DNA of 64,000 bases, taken from assembly GCA_051313645.2 (NCBI GenBank), contig JBNRSN020000002.1, positions 270,072,001-270,136,000 on the forward strand, read 5' to 3'. Source of the DNA: Centroscyllium fabricii (Eukaryota). The position numbers were made by a program, and so were the translations under genes. Of this stretch, positions 20,697 through 33,399 are shown piece after piece; position 1 is the first letter of the stretch, and every line of letters begins with the position of its first letter. A model generated the notes under the pieces. It was not told where the DNA came from, did not search any database, and worked only from the letters and a program-made list of their open reading frames with translations.

Positions 20697-23600
20697 ATGG
20701 AGAGCAGCGCAGTTAAACCTGAGAAGCTGGACATCAGTCCCCAGGACCCTGCCGCTGCTACCACGTTCGAACACTGGTTCGGCCTCCTGGAGGCCTACAT
20801 GGACACCGCCAAGGCTACATCGGACAGGAACAAATTGCAGGTCCTCCGGTCGAGGATCTCAAGCAGGGTATTCTCCCTCATCAGGAACGCCTCAACCTAC
20901 GCAGCGGCCGTACTACAACTACGAAAATGCTACGAGCGCCCGGTCCATTCGGTCTACGCCCAGCATGTGCTTGCGACCAGACCTCAGCTACCGGGTGAGT
21001 CGAATGAGCAGTTCGAGCAAGCGCTCCTGGCCCTGGTACGGGTCTGTGGCTGCCAAGCCAGAACAGCTGAAGAGGAGGCAGAACTCCTCGTTCGGGACGC
21101 TTACGTTACGGGACTAAGGTGTGTGGAAGCCCGCCAGCGGCTACTGGAGAAAGACAATCTATCCCTCGAGGAGGCGACTAAGATAGCCAAATCAGTAGAG
21201 GGGGCCCGAAACAAGTTACAGGCGTACAGCGGCACTTACCCGCAAGCCTACAACATATGGGCCGCGCCACAACAGGCCCAGGCCTGGGCAGCACCACAAC
21301 GGGCCGAGACCCCCACGATGGCTGCAACAGCCACAAAAGATAAGCGCTGCTACTTCTGCAGCCAGGGACAGCACCCAAGAGCGAGATGCCCGGCCAGGAC
21401 AGCGACTTGTGAGAGATGCGCTAAGAAAGGTCATTACGCTAAAGCCTGCAGATCGGCTCCAGCAGCGTCTAACCAAAGGTACAACAGTGCAGCCTGTGAG
21501 AGCACCGACAGACACCAGGTAAGCTGCAATAGCAGCGCGATCCAGCGACGGTCCGGGGGTAGACAACAAGCGCCCCCATCTCCCACCCCGATGCGGCAAA
21601 GGCCGGCCAAGCGCGACCCCCCAATGCGGCCGGCTGCGTGCGAATCACGGGCACCGCCAACCCGACCACCGCGGCCCGCTGCGTGCGAATCACGGGCACC
21701 GCCAACCCGATCACCGCGGTCTGCTGCGTGCGAATCACGGGCGCCACCAGCGCGCTCAGAGCGGCCCACCATATGCGACCCCCCGGCAATGCCATTTTGT
21801 ACACAGGGCCCCTCCATGTGCGAGCCAGGGGCGCCGCCATTTTGTATCCAGGGCCCCTCCATGTGCGGGCCAGGGGCGCCGCCATCTTGTATCCAGGGCC
21901 CCACCATGTGCGAGCCAGGGGCGCCGCCATCTTGTGTACAGCCCCGACCAGCAAGGGCCACACACACATGGAAACGCACGGCTGCAGCAGCCAGAATCAG
22001 AGTGAATCAGGACAGGCCACATACCCTGTCTAACTCTATAATGCCCATTTTGATTAACGGCTACACGGTTAACTGCCTTTTTGACACGGGAAGCACTGAG
22101 AGTTTCGTACACCCCGATACAGTGCAGCGCTGCGGACTGCAGGTCCGGCCCACGAACTACCAAGTCTCCCTAGCTTCACAGTCCCACACCGCGGACGTCA
22201 CCGGCTACTGCTCCGTCACGCTCACCGTCAAGGGGCGCGTGTACCGTAATTGTAAATTGTATACCCTCCAGCAGTTGTGTGCCCCAGCCTTACTAGGTTT
22301 GGATTTCCAGTGCCACCTCAAGAGCGTGACAATGGAGTTCGGCGGGACCTTGTCCCCCTCACCGTCAGTAGCCGGGACAATCTCTTCCCAAAGCGGAGCC
22401 CAGCCTGCGGCCTCTCCAACCTGAAAATCGACCCCCCCTCGCTGTTCGCCAACCTCAATCCGAAGTGCAAACCCATTGCTACTAAGAGTCGGAGGTACAG
22501 TGAGGGGGATCGCACGTTTATCAGGTCGGAGGTCGGGCGGATGCTGAAGGAGGGGATAATTGAAGCCAGCACCAGCCCCTGGCGCGCCCAAGTTGTAGTG
22601 GTGAAGTCTGGCGAAAAACAGCGGCTGGTTATCGATTACAGCCAGACTATCAACCGCTACACCGGGCTCGACGCCTACCCCCTTCCCCGCATCTCGGAAA
22701 TGGTCAATCAGATCGCCCAGTACAAGGTGTTCTCCACGATCGACCTTAAATCGGCGTATCATCAGCTCCCGATTCGGAAAGACGACCGCCCCTACACTGC
22801 CTTTGAGGCGAACGGTCGGCTCTACCACTTCCTCCGGGTCCCCTTTGGCGTGACCAACGGAGTGTCAGTGTTCCAACGGGAGATGGACCGCATGGTTGAC
22901 CAAAATGACATGCAGGCCACTTTCCCTTACCTGGACAACGTGACCATCTGCGGCCACGACCAGCAGGACCACGATGCCAATCTGGCCAAATTCCTCGCCA
23001 CGGCGGACAAGCTGGACCTTACGTATAAAAAGGACAAATGTGTCTTTAATACAGACCGGCTCGCCATCTTCGGATACGTGGTGGAGAACGGGGTCCTCGG
23101 CCCCGACCCACAGCGTATGCGACCCCTGCAAGAACTGCCCCTACCTCACAACCCCAAAGCCTTGAGGAGATGCCTAGGATTTTTCTCCTATTATGCACAA
23201 TGGGTCCCACAGTTCGCATATAAGGCTAGACCACTCCTCAAGGCTGCCGTCTTCCCCCTTTCTGCAGAAGCCGAAACGGCATTCGCAAGGATAAAGGAAG
23301 ATATTATCAAGGCGACCATGCTCGCTGTTGATGAATCCATTCCTTTCCAGGTGGAGAGTGACGCTTCAGACTTCGCCCTTGCTGCCACCCTGAACCAGGC
23401 AGGCAGGCCCGTAGCGTTTTTCTCCCGCACCTTACAGGGACCCGAAACTCGCCACTCCGCAGTGGAAAAGGAGGCCCAGGCCATCGTGGAGGCCGTGCGC
23501 TACTGGCGTCATTACCTGGCCGGTAAGCGTTTTACCCTGCTCACCGACCAACGGTCGGTGGCGTTTATGTTTAATAATAAACAACGGGGTAAAATCAAGA

Positions 23601-24943
23601 ATGATAAGATCCTGCGGTGGCGGATCGAACTCTCGACTTACGAGTACGACATTCTTTACCGACCAGGTAAACTCAATGAACCCCCGGACGCACTGTCCAG
23701 GGGAACGTGCGCCAGTGCCCAGCTCGACCGGCTGAAGGACCTCCACGACCGCCTTTGCCACCCGGGTGTCACCAGACTCGCCCACTTCGTTAAGTCCCGT
23801 AGCCTCCCCTACTCCATCACGGAGATCAAGGCTATGACCCGAGAGTGCCCTGTCTGCGCCGAGTGCAAACCCCACTTTTTCCGGCCAGACATGGCGCACC
23901 TCATTAAGGCCACCCGCCCCTTTGTACGTGTCAGCGTGGACTTCAAAGGCCCCCTCCCTTCCACCGACCGCAACTCATACTTCCTCACGGTAGTGGATGA
24001 GTTCTCCCGCTTCCCCTTCGCCTTCCCCTGCGCAGATATGATGAGCGCAACGGTGATAAAACACTTCACCACGCTGTTCGCCATTTTCGGTCTCCCCAGC
24101 TACATCCATAGCGACCGGGGGTCATCGTTCATGAGCGATGAACTGCGCCAGTTTCTGCTCCAGAAAGGGGTTGCCACGAGCAGAACGACCAGTTATAACC
24201 CCCGGGGGAACGGCCAGGTAGAAAGGGAGAATGGGATCATTTGGAAGGCGGTCACCCTGGCTCTCAAGTCCAGAGGCCTTCCAGTGTCCCATTGGCAGAC
24301 AGTCCTCCCAGACGCGCTGCACTCTATACGCTCTCTATTATGTACCGCTACTAACGCCACCCCGCACAATCTGATTTTCTCTTTTAACAGGAGGTCGACT
24401 TCGGGGACAGCTCTCCCTCCATGGCTGACGACTCCGGGGCCGGTTTGGCTTAGAAGGCATGTCCGGAGCCACAAGACAGACCCCCTGGTGGACAAGGTAC
24501 AGCTCCTACACGCGAACCCCCACTATGCATTCGTGCAGTTCCCGGACGGGCGTGAGGACACCATGTCCATCAGGGACCTGGCTCCCGCAGGAAGCACCAC
24601 CGCAGAGCCCCTGGCCGGCCAGCAGGCCGCTCAGCCGCGGTATCCAGAAAACCCACCAGACACACGATGGCCCCTGAGCTTCCCAGCACAGAACTACGAC
24701 CCGGACGGCGTGGACCAGCCGGATCCATCGCCACCAGAAGCCACGGCACCCGATCAGCGGTCACCACCAGCAGATGCAAGTGGTACGAACCAGGAGGCAC
24801 CACCACCAACACCGGAACGCCGGCGGTCCTCCAGGCAGACACGACCGCCGGACAGACTGATCATGAACTGTTCGGCCCATTCACCCCCCCCCCCGGACTT
24901 AAAATTTTCAAGAAGGGGTATATGTGGTAACCCTTGTATATAA
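20697..24943 (+). pseudogene. gag-pol: gag-pol of element D, nearly intact, frameshift near 22355
   Basis: ORFs 20667-22424 and 22277-24943 overlap at a C-run just after the protease, where elements B, C and E read through in frame. Confidence 0.88.
21625..21940 (+). repeat. In-frame 45-bp tandem repeats (two unit types) in the Gag-protease linker of element D
   Basis: Peptide repeats AACESRAPP..R x3 and MCEPGAPPFCIQGPS x3-4. Confidence 0.85.
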
Positions 24944-27900
24944 TGTTTACCACTGTTATTATTGTACCAATAATGGGCTGTGCAGATGTAAGGCACAGCC
25001 CTGTATACTGTGTAATACTGTTGGGAGCCAGGTCAGCCACACCTCTAACTCCTCCCCCAGGTGAGGCCCCTTTATAGGTGGAAACTGACCGAGGCTCCGC
25101 ATTCCTGTACAGAAGTTCGTTCCGGAGGGTAGCTCCGTTCTTTAGCGATTAAAAGCCTTTAGTTTCGGTAACTACTCGTCGACTCTTTTAATCTGAGGTA
25201 TTGACGATACGTCAGCCCACACATCGTAAAATCTCCCTCGCCTCCGAGTCCCAGACTGTGGACGTCATCGGCTGCTGTACAGTCACTATTACCGTGAAGG
25301 GGACGACATACCGCAACTTTCAACTGTACGTCCTCCCACAGCTCTGCGCCCCTGTGTTGATTGGCCTGGACTTCCAGTGCAATCTGCAGAGCGTGACGAT
25401 GGCGTACGGCGGTCCCCTGCCTCCTCTCACGGTCAGCAGCCGCGACTGCCCTGCCTCACAACCACACTCCTCTTGCGGTCTGTCTACCTTGAAGATAGAC
25501 CCCACCTCGCTGTTCGCCAACCTTGACCCTGACTGCAAGCCCATTGCAACCAAGACTCGGTGATACGGCGCGGGGGACCGCACCTTTATCAAGGCAGAGG
25601 TTACTCGGTTGTTGCGGGTGGTCATCATCGAGGCCAGTAACAGCCCGTGGCGGGCCCAGGTGGTGGTGGTAAGTCTGGCGACAAACAGCGCATGGTCATT
25701 GACTATAGCCAGACTATTAACCGCTACACTGGGCTCGACGCTTATCCGCTTCCTAGAATCAATGACATGGTCAATCAGATTGCCCAGTATAAGGTCTTCT
25801 CCACCATCGACCTTAAGTCGGCCTATCACCAGCTCCCCATCAGAGCTGAGGACCGTAAATACACTGCCTTCGAGGCAAATGGGCGCCTTTTTCACTTCCT
25901 CCGGGTCCCCTTTGGGGTTACCAACGGAGTTTCGGTCTTCCAACGAGAGATGGACCGAATGGTTGACCAGTATGATTTGCAGGCCACATTCCAGTATTTG
26001 GACAATGTCACGATCTGCGGCCATGACCAGCAAGATCATGATGCCAATTTGGACAGGTTTCTCCGTACGGCCCAGCGTCTGAACCTCACTTACAATGAGG
26101 ATAAGTGCATTTTCAACACTAACCGGTTGGCTATCCTCGGCTACGTGGTTGAGAACGGGGTCCTCGGCCCCAACCCCGAACGTATGCGCCCCCTTCAGGA
26201 GCTGCCCTTAACGCACTCCCCCAAAGCTTTGAGGAGATGCCTGGGGTTTTTCTCTTACTATGCACAATGGGTTCCCCATTATGCTGATAAGGCCTGGCCT
26301 CTCCTCAGGGCTACCTCCTTCCCCCTCCTGTTAGAGGCCCAAATTGATTTTTCTCATATCAAGCAAGACATCATCAAGGCAACCATGCACGCCATTGATG
26401 AGTCTCTCCCCTTCCAGGTCGAAAGCGACGCCTCAGACTTCGCCCTGGCCGCCACCCTTAACCAGGCAGGCAGGCCCGTCGCTTTCTTCTCCCGTACCCT
26501 GCAGGGCCCTGAAGTCTGCCACTCTTCAGTGGAAAAGGAGGCCCAAGCAATCGTGGAAGCAGTGCGCCACTGGCGCCACTATTTGGATGGTAAACGATTT
26601 ACCCTTCTTACTGACCAGCAGTCAGTAGCGTTTATGTTCCACCATAAACAGAGGGGTAAAATCAAGAATGACAAGATCCTCAGGTGGCGGATCGAACTCT
26701 CCGCTTTTGAGTACAACATTCTGTACCGGCCAGGGAAGCTTAACGATCCCCCGGATGCCCTGTCCCGAGGAACGTGTGCCAGCGCCCAGTCGGGTAGTCT
26801 GAACACCCTCCACGCTAATCTCTGCCACCCGGGGGTCACCAGGCTCGCTCACTTCGTCAAATCACGCAATCTCCCTTATTCCATTGCGGAGATCAAGGCG
26901 ATGATGCAGGAGTGCCCTGTCTGTGCTGAGTGCAAGCCCCAGTTTTACAGGCCTGACAGGGTGCACCTCATCAATGCCACCTGCCCATTCGAGCGCCTGA
27001 GTATGGACTTCAAAGGTCCCCTCCCCTCTACCAACCGTAACTCGTACATTCTCACTGTGGTCGACGAGTTCTCCCGTTTCCCTTTTGCATTCCCATGCCC
27101 AGATATGACGAGTGCAACAGTGATAAAGCATTTTATCACGCTATTCACCATTTTCGGCTTTCCCAGCTTCATACACAGTGACCGGGGGTCCTCATTTATG
27201 AGTGACGAACTGCGTCATTTTCTGCTCGTGAGTGGGGTTGCCTCGAGCAGAACGATCAGTTACAACCCCCGGGGGAACGGTCAGGTAGAATGTTATAATG
27301 GGACCATCTGGAAGGCCATCACCCTGGCCCTTCGATCCAAAGGCCTTCCAACCTCCCATTGGCAGGAGGTCCTCCAGGATGCGCTCCACGCTACCCGCTC
27401 CCTCTTGTGCACAGCCACCGGTTGCACACCTCACGAGAATCTCTTCTCTTTCTCTAGGAAATCAACTTCGGGGACATCTCTGCTGACGTGGCTTACCAAC
27501 CCGGGGCCGGTTTTGCTTAGAAGGCATGTCCGTGGACATAAGACGGACCCTCTTGTCGAACGTGTGCGTCTGCTGCATGCCAACCCTCAGTATGCCTACG
27601 TGGCATACCCAGACGGGCATGAGGATACCGTCTCGATTAGAAACCTTGCGCCCGCTGGAGACGTTCACTCTGAGTCGTTGGCGGAGCCCTTGCCCTCCCA
27701 GGTCACATTTTTCACAACAGGGGCCGTCTTTTCATTCACCTGCGCACACTACATCGGGGCCCTCGTCACTCCCAATGCACGACGGAGCTCATCATGTTGC
27801 TCAGCCTACTCTTCCAGCGGCTGCTACACCTCCACCAGATCTTCCTGTGCCTGAGGTACCTCTTCCACCGATGGACTCTCTGTTCACATCGGGAGCCCCG

Positions 27901-28357
27901 TCAGCGTCTTTTCCGATTACGACTACTCCCGCTTCTTCGCCAGAACCGACACTGCCTCGCCGATCTGATCGGACTGTTAAACTTCCACAAAGACTTATAA
28001 CACAGTGCTGATATTTGCCCCGCGGGACTTGTTTTTAAGGAAGGGGTGAATATGATGAACCTTTTGGAGTGGTTCACACTGTACGGTTATTGTATATAGT
28101 TTTGTTTAATGTGTTTGTTATATATCTGTTAATATTTGTACTTTACTGTAAGGACCTGTACCGGCTGACCCCGCCTCTGGGTACTAGTATAAAGGAGAAT
28201 GCTCCGCCCACTTATCTCTCATTCCGGGCAGGCTCATCGGGGACACGGTTCAGTTCCTTGTGAATAAAAGCCACTTATTTAAGAACTCGCTGCCGTCTTT
28301 GATTTGAGGCATCTCAATGCAATTAAACATAAATATTTTATTATTATTTTTGTTTTA

Positions 28358-28856
28358 ATTATATCCTGGACCGTCCCCTGTATTATGACCCAGTTCAGTA
28401 CATTGTTCCTGGGACTAGGGACAGGGTCACTGGCAAGGCTTGGAAGCTAAGCAGAGCTAGGTCTGGTTAGTACTTAGATGGGGGAATACCAGGTGCAGAA
28501 GGTCACAAAAGGAGCCCTGGGGAGGGGCGGTTGGCTGAAGATTATCGGAATGATGGAAAGATAGAATGGTGGCGCGCACAGATGCAGCGGCTTTGCTGGA
28601 CTCTTGGGAGCTTGCAAGATCACATTTTGTTGTTCATGTACTTGTACATTGCATAATGACAATAATGTTGAATTATTATTATTACATTCCCGAGTTTATA
28701 TCTCGGACCATCCCATGTATTATGACTGGGTTCAGTACATTCCCTGAGTTTATATCCTGGACCATTCCCTGTATTATGACCCAGTTCAGTATATTTCACT
28801 GAGTTTATATCCTGGACCATCCCTTGTATTTTGACCAAGTTCAGTACACTCCCCGG
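28358..28856 (+). repeat. About 54-bp minisatellite, interrupted by an unrelated insert of about 280 bp
   Basis: Unit TTATATCCTGGACCATCCCNTGTATTATGACCCAGTTCAGTACATTCCC occurs near 28358, 28696, 28750 and 28805. Confidence 0.7.
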
Positions 28857-29469
28857 GATCTGATGCAGACTGTAATCTGCCCCGGTTTAATGAACTAAGC
28901 TTCCAGTGAAACTGAAAGTAAATGACTGTAGAGCCTGGAACAGGAGCACAGATGGTAAAAGAAGACTGATGAGTGAACATTAAAATGGACAGATGGCTCC
29001 AAACTCTGTCCTACAGAGCTCAGTCCCACTCTCTGCTGAGTTACAAACCATTACACTTTAAAGTTACTCCCTGCGTTATATAAAATCTTAGAGCTGAACA
29101 CCCCCGCTGTCAGAGCCGTGTGCTGAATAGAGCAGAGTTCACTCAGTAACAGAGCGCGCCCCTGTAACCCGAGGAACAATCCTGTTTCTTGCTGTCACTC
29201 ACACATCAGCCTCTGTCGCCCATCACAAGAGGCAAACTGACCCGGCACTGGGAATCCCCGGATTAACACCAAGGAGCAACACCGCACTCGGAGCCCAACT
29301 CTCACCTAGCGGCCGATTGTGGATCGCCTCTTCTCTCTCTTTCATGCACGCAGCAAGCCCGTGCTTTTTCAACAAGGAGGTCCGGTGGCTTCTCATTCAT
29401 TCGCAGCCTTTTGCTACCGCCCCTGCTTCCCGCTGATTGGCTGATGACCTTATCACTGACCGCTGTGTG

Positions 29470-29659
29470 CAGTGGGAAAGTGCTGGAGGGTTACGGAATG
29501 GGTGGCCGCTGGCCGCGTTGGCCAGGTTGCCGTTCTGTACAGGGCTTAATACATTGTTTTTCTCTCGGGGTGGGGGGGATCCGATGTTGCCGCTACGGAC
29601 AGGTGGCCATTCTGTGGAGGTGGATTCTGTGGAGGTGGCCGCTAACGCAGGTTTGACTG
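29470..29659 (+). mobile_element. Right end of a TA-flanked Tc1/mariner-Tigger-type non-autonomous element
   Basis: Subterminal GGTGGCC repeats and terminal CAGGTTTGACTG|TA, the inverse of 8772-8785. Confidence 0.6.
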
Positions 29660-30127
29660 TATATTGTTCCCACCAGTACAAATGGGGAGAGGGTTCCACA
29701 ACCAAATTTGCTGTGGTGAAATTAATTAACAAGCCAAACAGCTTCTATCTCAAATACTTTTAAAATGGTTCAAACCAAACCTTATTCATGGCTCCTCTTT
29801 GAATAGTGACCAGGACAGAAGTGGATGGGCAAGTGGGCTGGGATCAACCGTGCCTTTTCACTGTTGCTAACTTATGTTTTTTCTTTCTTTGTTACTGAAA
29901 CCAGATTGAGTATAAATGGGATTCTTTTATTAACAGGAGATGCATCACAAATACAGCTCTGAGCATAAACAAAGTGAAAGTGGGCCTGTTCCAGTGACTC
30001 AGTAGCTATCTGCACTATCTGGTGTAGTACTCACCCAGTTATAAAGAGGAAGAAGGCCCCAGGTCTGTGCTGAGCTAGCTAAACTCAGCCTAGGTGCTCA
30101 GCGTTCAAGCTTTCTCTGTAAATCAAT

Positions 30128-30991
30128 GGGCCCTGTCTTCCTGTGCTCCAGAAGAGCTGCCCCCCCACAAAAATGCTTTGTGGGGAGGCAGCTCAGGTGC
30201 TTACCAGAAACGTGAACTTCCTGTGCTGATGGGCAAGGGGCTTCAGCTTCCTCCCCACGAAGCACTTTGAGCTGCAGACTTCCTGTACTCTGATGCTCAA
30301 AATTCAGGTGTACAACGTGGGGAAGCCTCCATTTTTCTGCCCACGTAAATACCAGTCTTAAGAGAGTGCAGGCAGGTTTGAGAAGTGAAAAAAACAGGTT
30401 TAAAGTTTTTAAAAAAATTATTCCTTTGGAGATATTTGTTTGTGGTTTTACAGCTTGTAAATCTGATGGTTTTTATATTTTTTGTATAGGTCAAAAATCG
30501 GCGATTTCAACCCCTCGCAGCTCTCAGCTGAAACAGCTCAGCTGTCAGCTGGAATCGTGTAGAAATCGGCGATTTTTTAACTATCACCAAAAAATAGATA
30601 AAGCTTCATGTTTGTGGTCTTACAGCTTGTAAATCTGCTGGTTTATATATTTTTTTGTGAAAGTTTAAAAAATCGGGAATTTGAGCTGTTCAAACTGAAA
30701 AAAAACAAAGAAAAACTTCTTCCTTACCTGTTCTTTTCTTTAGTTGAACACTTGATTTTCTTTGATCTGTGCGTTCTGTGGGGGCATGGTCTCAAAAAGC
30801 CGACCTCAGGGGGCGTGTCCTGCACCCGACCAACGCACAAAGCACTACGCACCAAAAAAAAACAGACCCCTGCCCACGAAAAAAAATCGACATTTCACAC
30901 AGGAAGTCCAGCAGATAAAAAAATAAAAAATCTCGGACGGGTGCAAATCTGCACGCACCCGCAGCAATCAGGCCACCGGAAGACAGGGCCC
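30128..30991. mobile_element. Harbinger-type MITE, copy 1
   Basis: TIR GGGCCCTGTCTTCC...GGAAGACAGGGCCC with 3-bp TSD AAT. Confidence 0.8.
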
Positions 30992-30994
30992 AAT

Positions 30995-31869
30995 GAGCCC
31001 TGTTTTCCTGTGCTCCAGCAGAGCTGCACCCCCACGAAGGGGGGTCAGAAATGCCTCGTGGGGGTGCAGCTCGGGTGATTACCAGAAACGTGAACTTCCT
31101 GTGCTGATGGGCAAGGGGCTTCAGCTTCCTACCCAGGAAAACTTTGAGCTGCAGACTTCCTGTAGGCAGCTGCTCAAAATGCGGGTGTATCACGTGGGGA
31201 AGTCTCTCTTTTGCTGCACATATAAAAAGCAGTCTTAAGAGGCTGCAGGCAGCTTTGAGAAGTGAAAAAAACACGTTTAAAGTTTAAAATTTTTTGATTC
31301 CTTTGGAGATATTTGTCTGTGGTCTTTCAGCTTGTAAATGGGTAGGGTTTTATATCTTTTGGTGAAAGTGAAAAAAAACGGGGATTTGAACGCGATGTCA
31401 GCCGCTCTGATTCAAATCCCCGTTTTTTTTCACTTTCACCAAAAGATATAAAACCCTACCTATTTACAAGCTGAAAGACCACAGACAAATATCTCCAAAG
31501 GAATCAATTTTTTAAAAACTTTAAACATGTTTTTTTCACTGGAGCAAAAAAAACCCTAACAGCAGAAAAAGGCAGAAACTTAAAAAAAACAGCTTCCTAG
31601 AAACTGAAAAAAAACAAAAAAAAGGTGCTTCCCTACCCGATCTTCTTCATCCTTAGGCCGATTCTGTGCTTTGTGCGGGGGTAAAGCCGACCTCAGTGGG
31701 CGTGGCTTGCACCCCGCACCAAAAAAAACACGACCCCTCCGAACGAAAAAAAAACGGCTTTTTGCACAGGAAGTTCACGTGACAGAAAAAAAAAAAATTA
31801 CGTGCGCGTGCGCTGCGGGTGCACGTCAGCGCGCACCCGCAGCAATCGGGCCACAGGAAGACATGGCCC
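30995..31869. mobile_element. Harbinger-type MITE, copy 2, in direct tandem with copy 1; internal fold-back with about 130-bp arms
   Basis: GAGCCCTGTTTTCC...GGAAGACATGGCCC, homologous to copy 1. Inverted repeat at 31261-31540. Confidence 0.8.
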
Positions 31870-31924
31870 ATTATGCTTTGGTTGTAATTGTGACAAAATA
31901 GGGAGATTTTTTTTCTTACACTAT

Positions 31925-32579
31925 GGCTTGGATTCTACAGGACCTATGACATACAGCGTACGCCATCGTAAGTGCCCCGCATAAAAAAAAAAACGGAACT
32001 TGCGATCTGTCAACCGCTCGAACCCATCCACTACAAATTCACTTTTGCTTGCGGAGAGTTGGGCTATTTGCCCAACTACTGCCCAGCAAATACCCACAAA
32101 ACCCTTATGCCTGGCAAAAGCAGGTATAAGGCCTTCTTTTACCAGTGTAAGGGTTAAAATAAATGTTACAATAATTTTTTTTTTAATGATTTAAACATTC
32201 TCTGACATTTAAAATGAGCTTAGGTCAATTTTATCCCAGTTAAAAATGTTTATTTTAATTGTTAAATTAAATGGTATTTTAATTAATTTTGAACTTTTAT
32301 TTAAGTGGTGTGAAATTTTATTTATTAGCTGCTTTCTAATTTGCTTCTGGGGATTCTATTTACATAGGTAGAAATCCCCCTTTGTCATTGGTTGGCCTGG
32401 CACACATGATCCCAGTGACACTTGCAAACCACATGCGCCCCTGGGATGCGTGGGCCTTTACGCAGGCATATGCCTGTAGGCCCGGGATCGCAAGACTCTG
32501 AAGCTTTGGTAAGTGCAGAGTTTTCTTGCAGTTTGCAGGCGTACGCAGACGGCAAGCCCCCAACTGCAATTTCCAGGCC
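31925..32579. mobile_element. Harbinger-type MITE
   Basis: Imperfect TIR GGCTTGGATT...ATTTCCAGGCC with 3-bp TSD TAT. Confidence 0.6.
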
Positions 32580-33399
32580 TATATGTTTTTAGATAGGTTA
32601 AATCCGAATTAAAAATGACTTCAGCCAACCATATCTGTAAGGGAATTGCACTGGGACTGATAATGCAGTCTCAACAGAGCAGCGAATCGCTGTTCCTCAG
32701 GCACTTGCATGCACCTGCGCCCCACTGAGCTAATTTTGTACATATGGCAAGGTCAGCTTATTTGAATACTTTTGGGCCAGTCCTGGCATTTAATGAGCTG
32801 GTAGTAACTCATGGGATGGAATGTCAAATGCCACTGGCTAATGAAAGGCCAATGGCCGCTCTGAAGTGCAACCATTAAAAAAATCGGTTTGGGGTACAGC
32901 AGCCCCTTTCATGGATTGGTTTTTGGTTATTGAGCAGAAAATAAGCAAGGTGCAGGAAGAAAGCGTGGCCCTGTTGGCAGAAGAAGATCACTCAGTAGTC
33001 TTTGGGTGTTCCCTGAAGCACCTACTTCAAATAGGCGCTGAAAATCTGGAGCACCATTTAAGTGTTCCAGCTGCATTTTGAGAAGCGTCCTAATTTAAAT
33101 AAAATTCAGGTCATAATGACACTAGTGTACGGTAGGTCCGCTGGCTCTGAGTGCCAGCACCCAGTGAGCATCCAGACTACTGACACCGAGCAGCACATTA
33201 TCAGCCCCATTGATTCTGTGACAGTGATGATCAACACATGTAACTGTTCAGTGTATTAAAGAAGAAACATCTATCTCAGGCACATATTCTTTGTTTGCTT
33301 TGTTCAGAAATTAATTAAATTAAAATGTTAGTTTGTGGCCAAGGCAGACTATTTGAAATGTTAAAGTGCTTTGGCATTCTGTGAAAGCTAGTTTATACA

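Larger units (their letters stand above)
20381..25214 (+). mobile_element. Gypsy element D (self-complementary-PBS lineage), full length, nested in C in the same orientation
   Basis: 292-bp LTRs at 20381-20672 and 24923-25214 (about 8 differences), 5-bp TSD GCCCA, PPT AAGAAGGGGTA. Confidence 0.95.
19051..28011 (+). pseudogene. gag-pol: gag-pol of element C: N-terminal gag deletion, frameshifts, split by element D
   Basis: ORF pieces 19051-19746, 20035-20380 (LFDTGS), 25220-25563, 25647-27854 (YLDN, RNase H, integrase) and 27526-28011. Confidence 0.9.
18761..28316 (+). mobile_element. Gypsy element C (self-complementary-PBS lineage), host of nested element D
   Basis: 266-bp LTRs at 18761-19026 and 28051-28316 (about 8 differences), 5-bp TSD ATGCA, PPT AAGGAAGGGGTGAA. 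Confidence 0.95.

Noticed and set aside
22277-22424. Programmed ribosomal frameshift between gag-PR and RT in element D
   Set aside because: Elements B, C and E read through this point in one frame; a 1-bp loss in a C-run explains it.
28358-28856. CRISPR-like array
   Set aside because: Contiguous tandem units without unique spacers, eukaryotic context and no cas genes; the same applies to 60110-60430 and 21625-21940.
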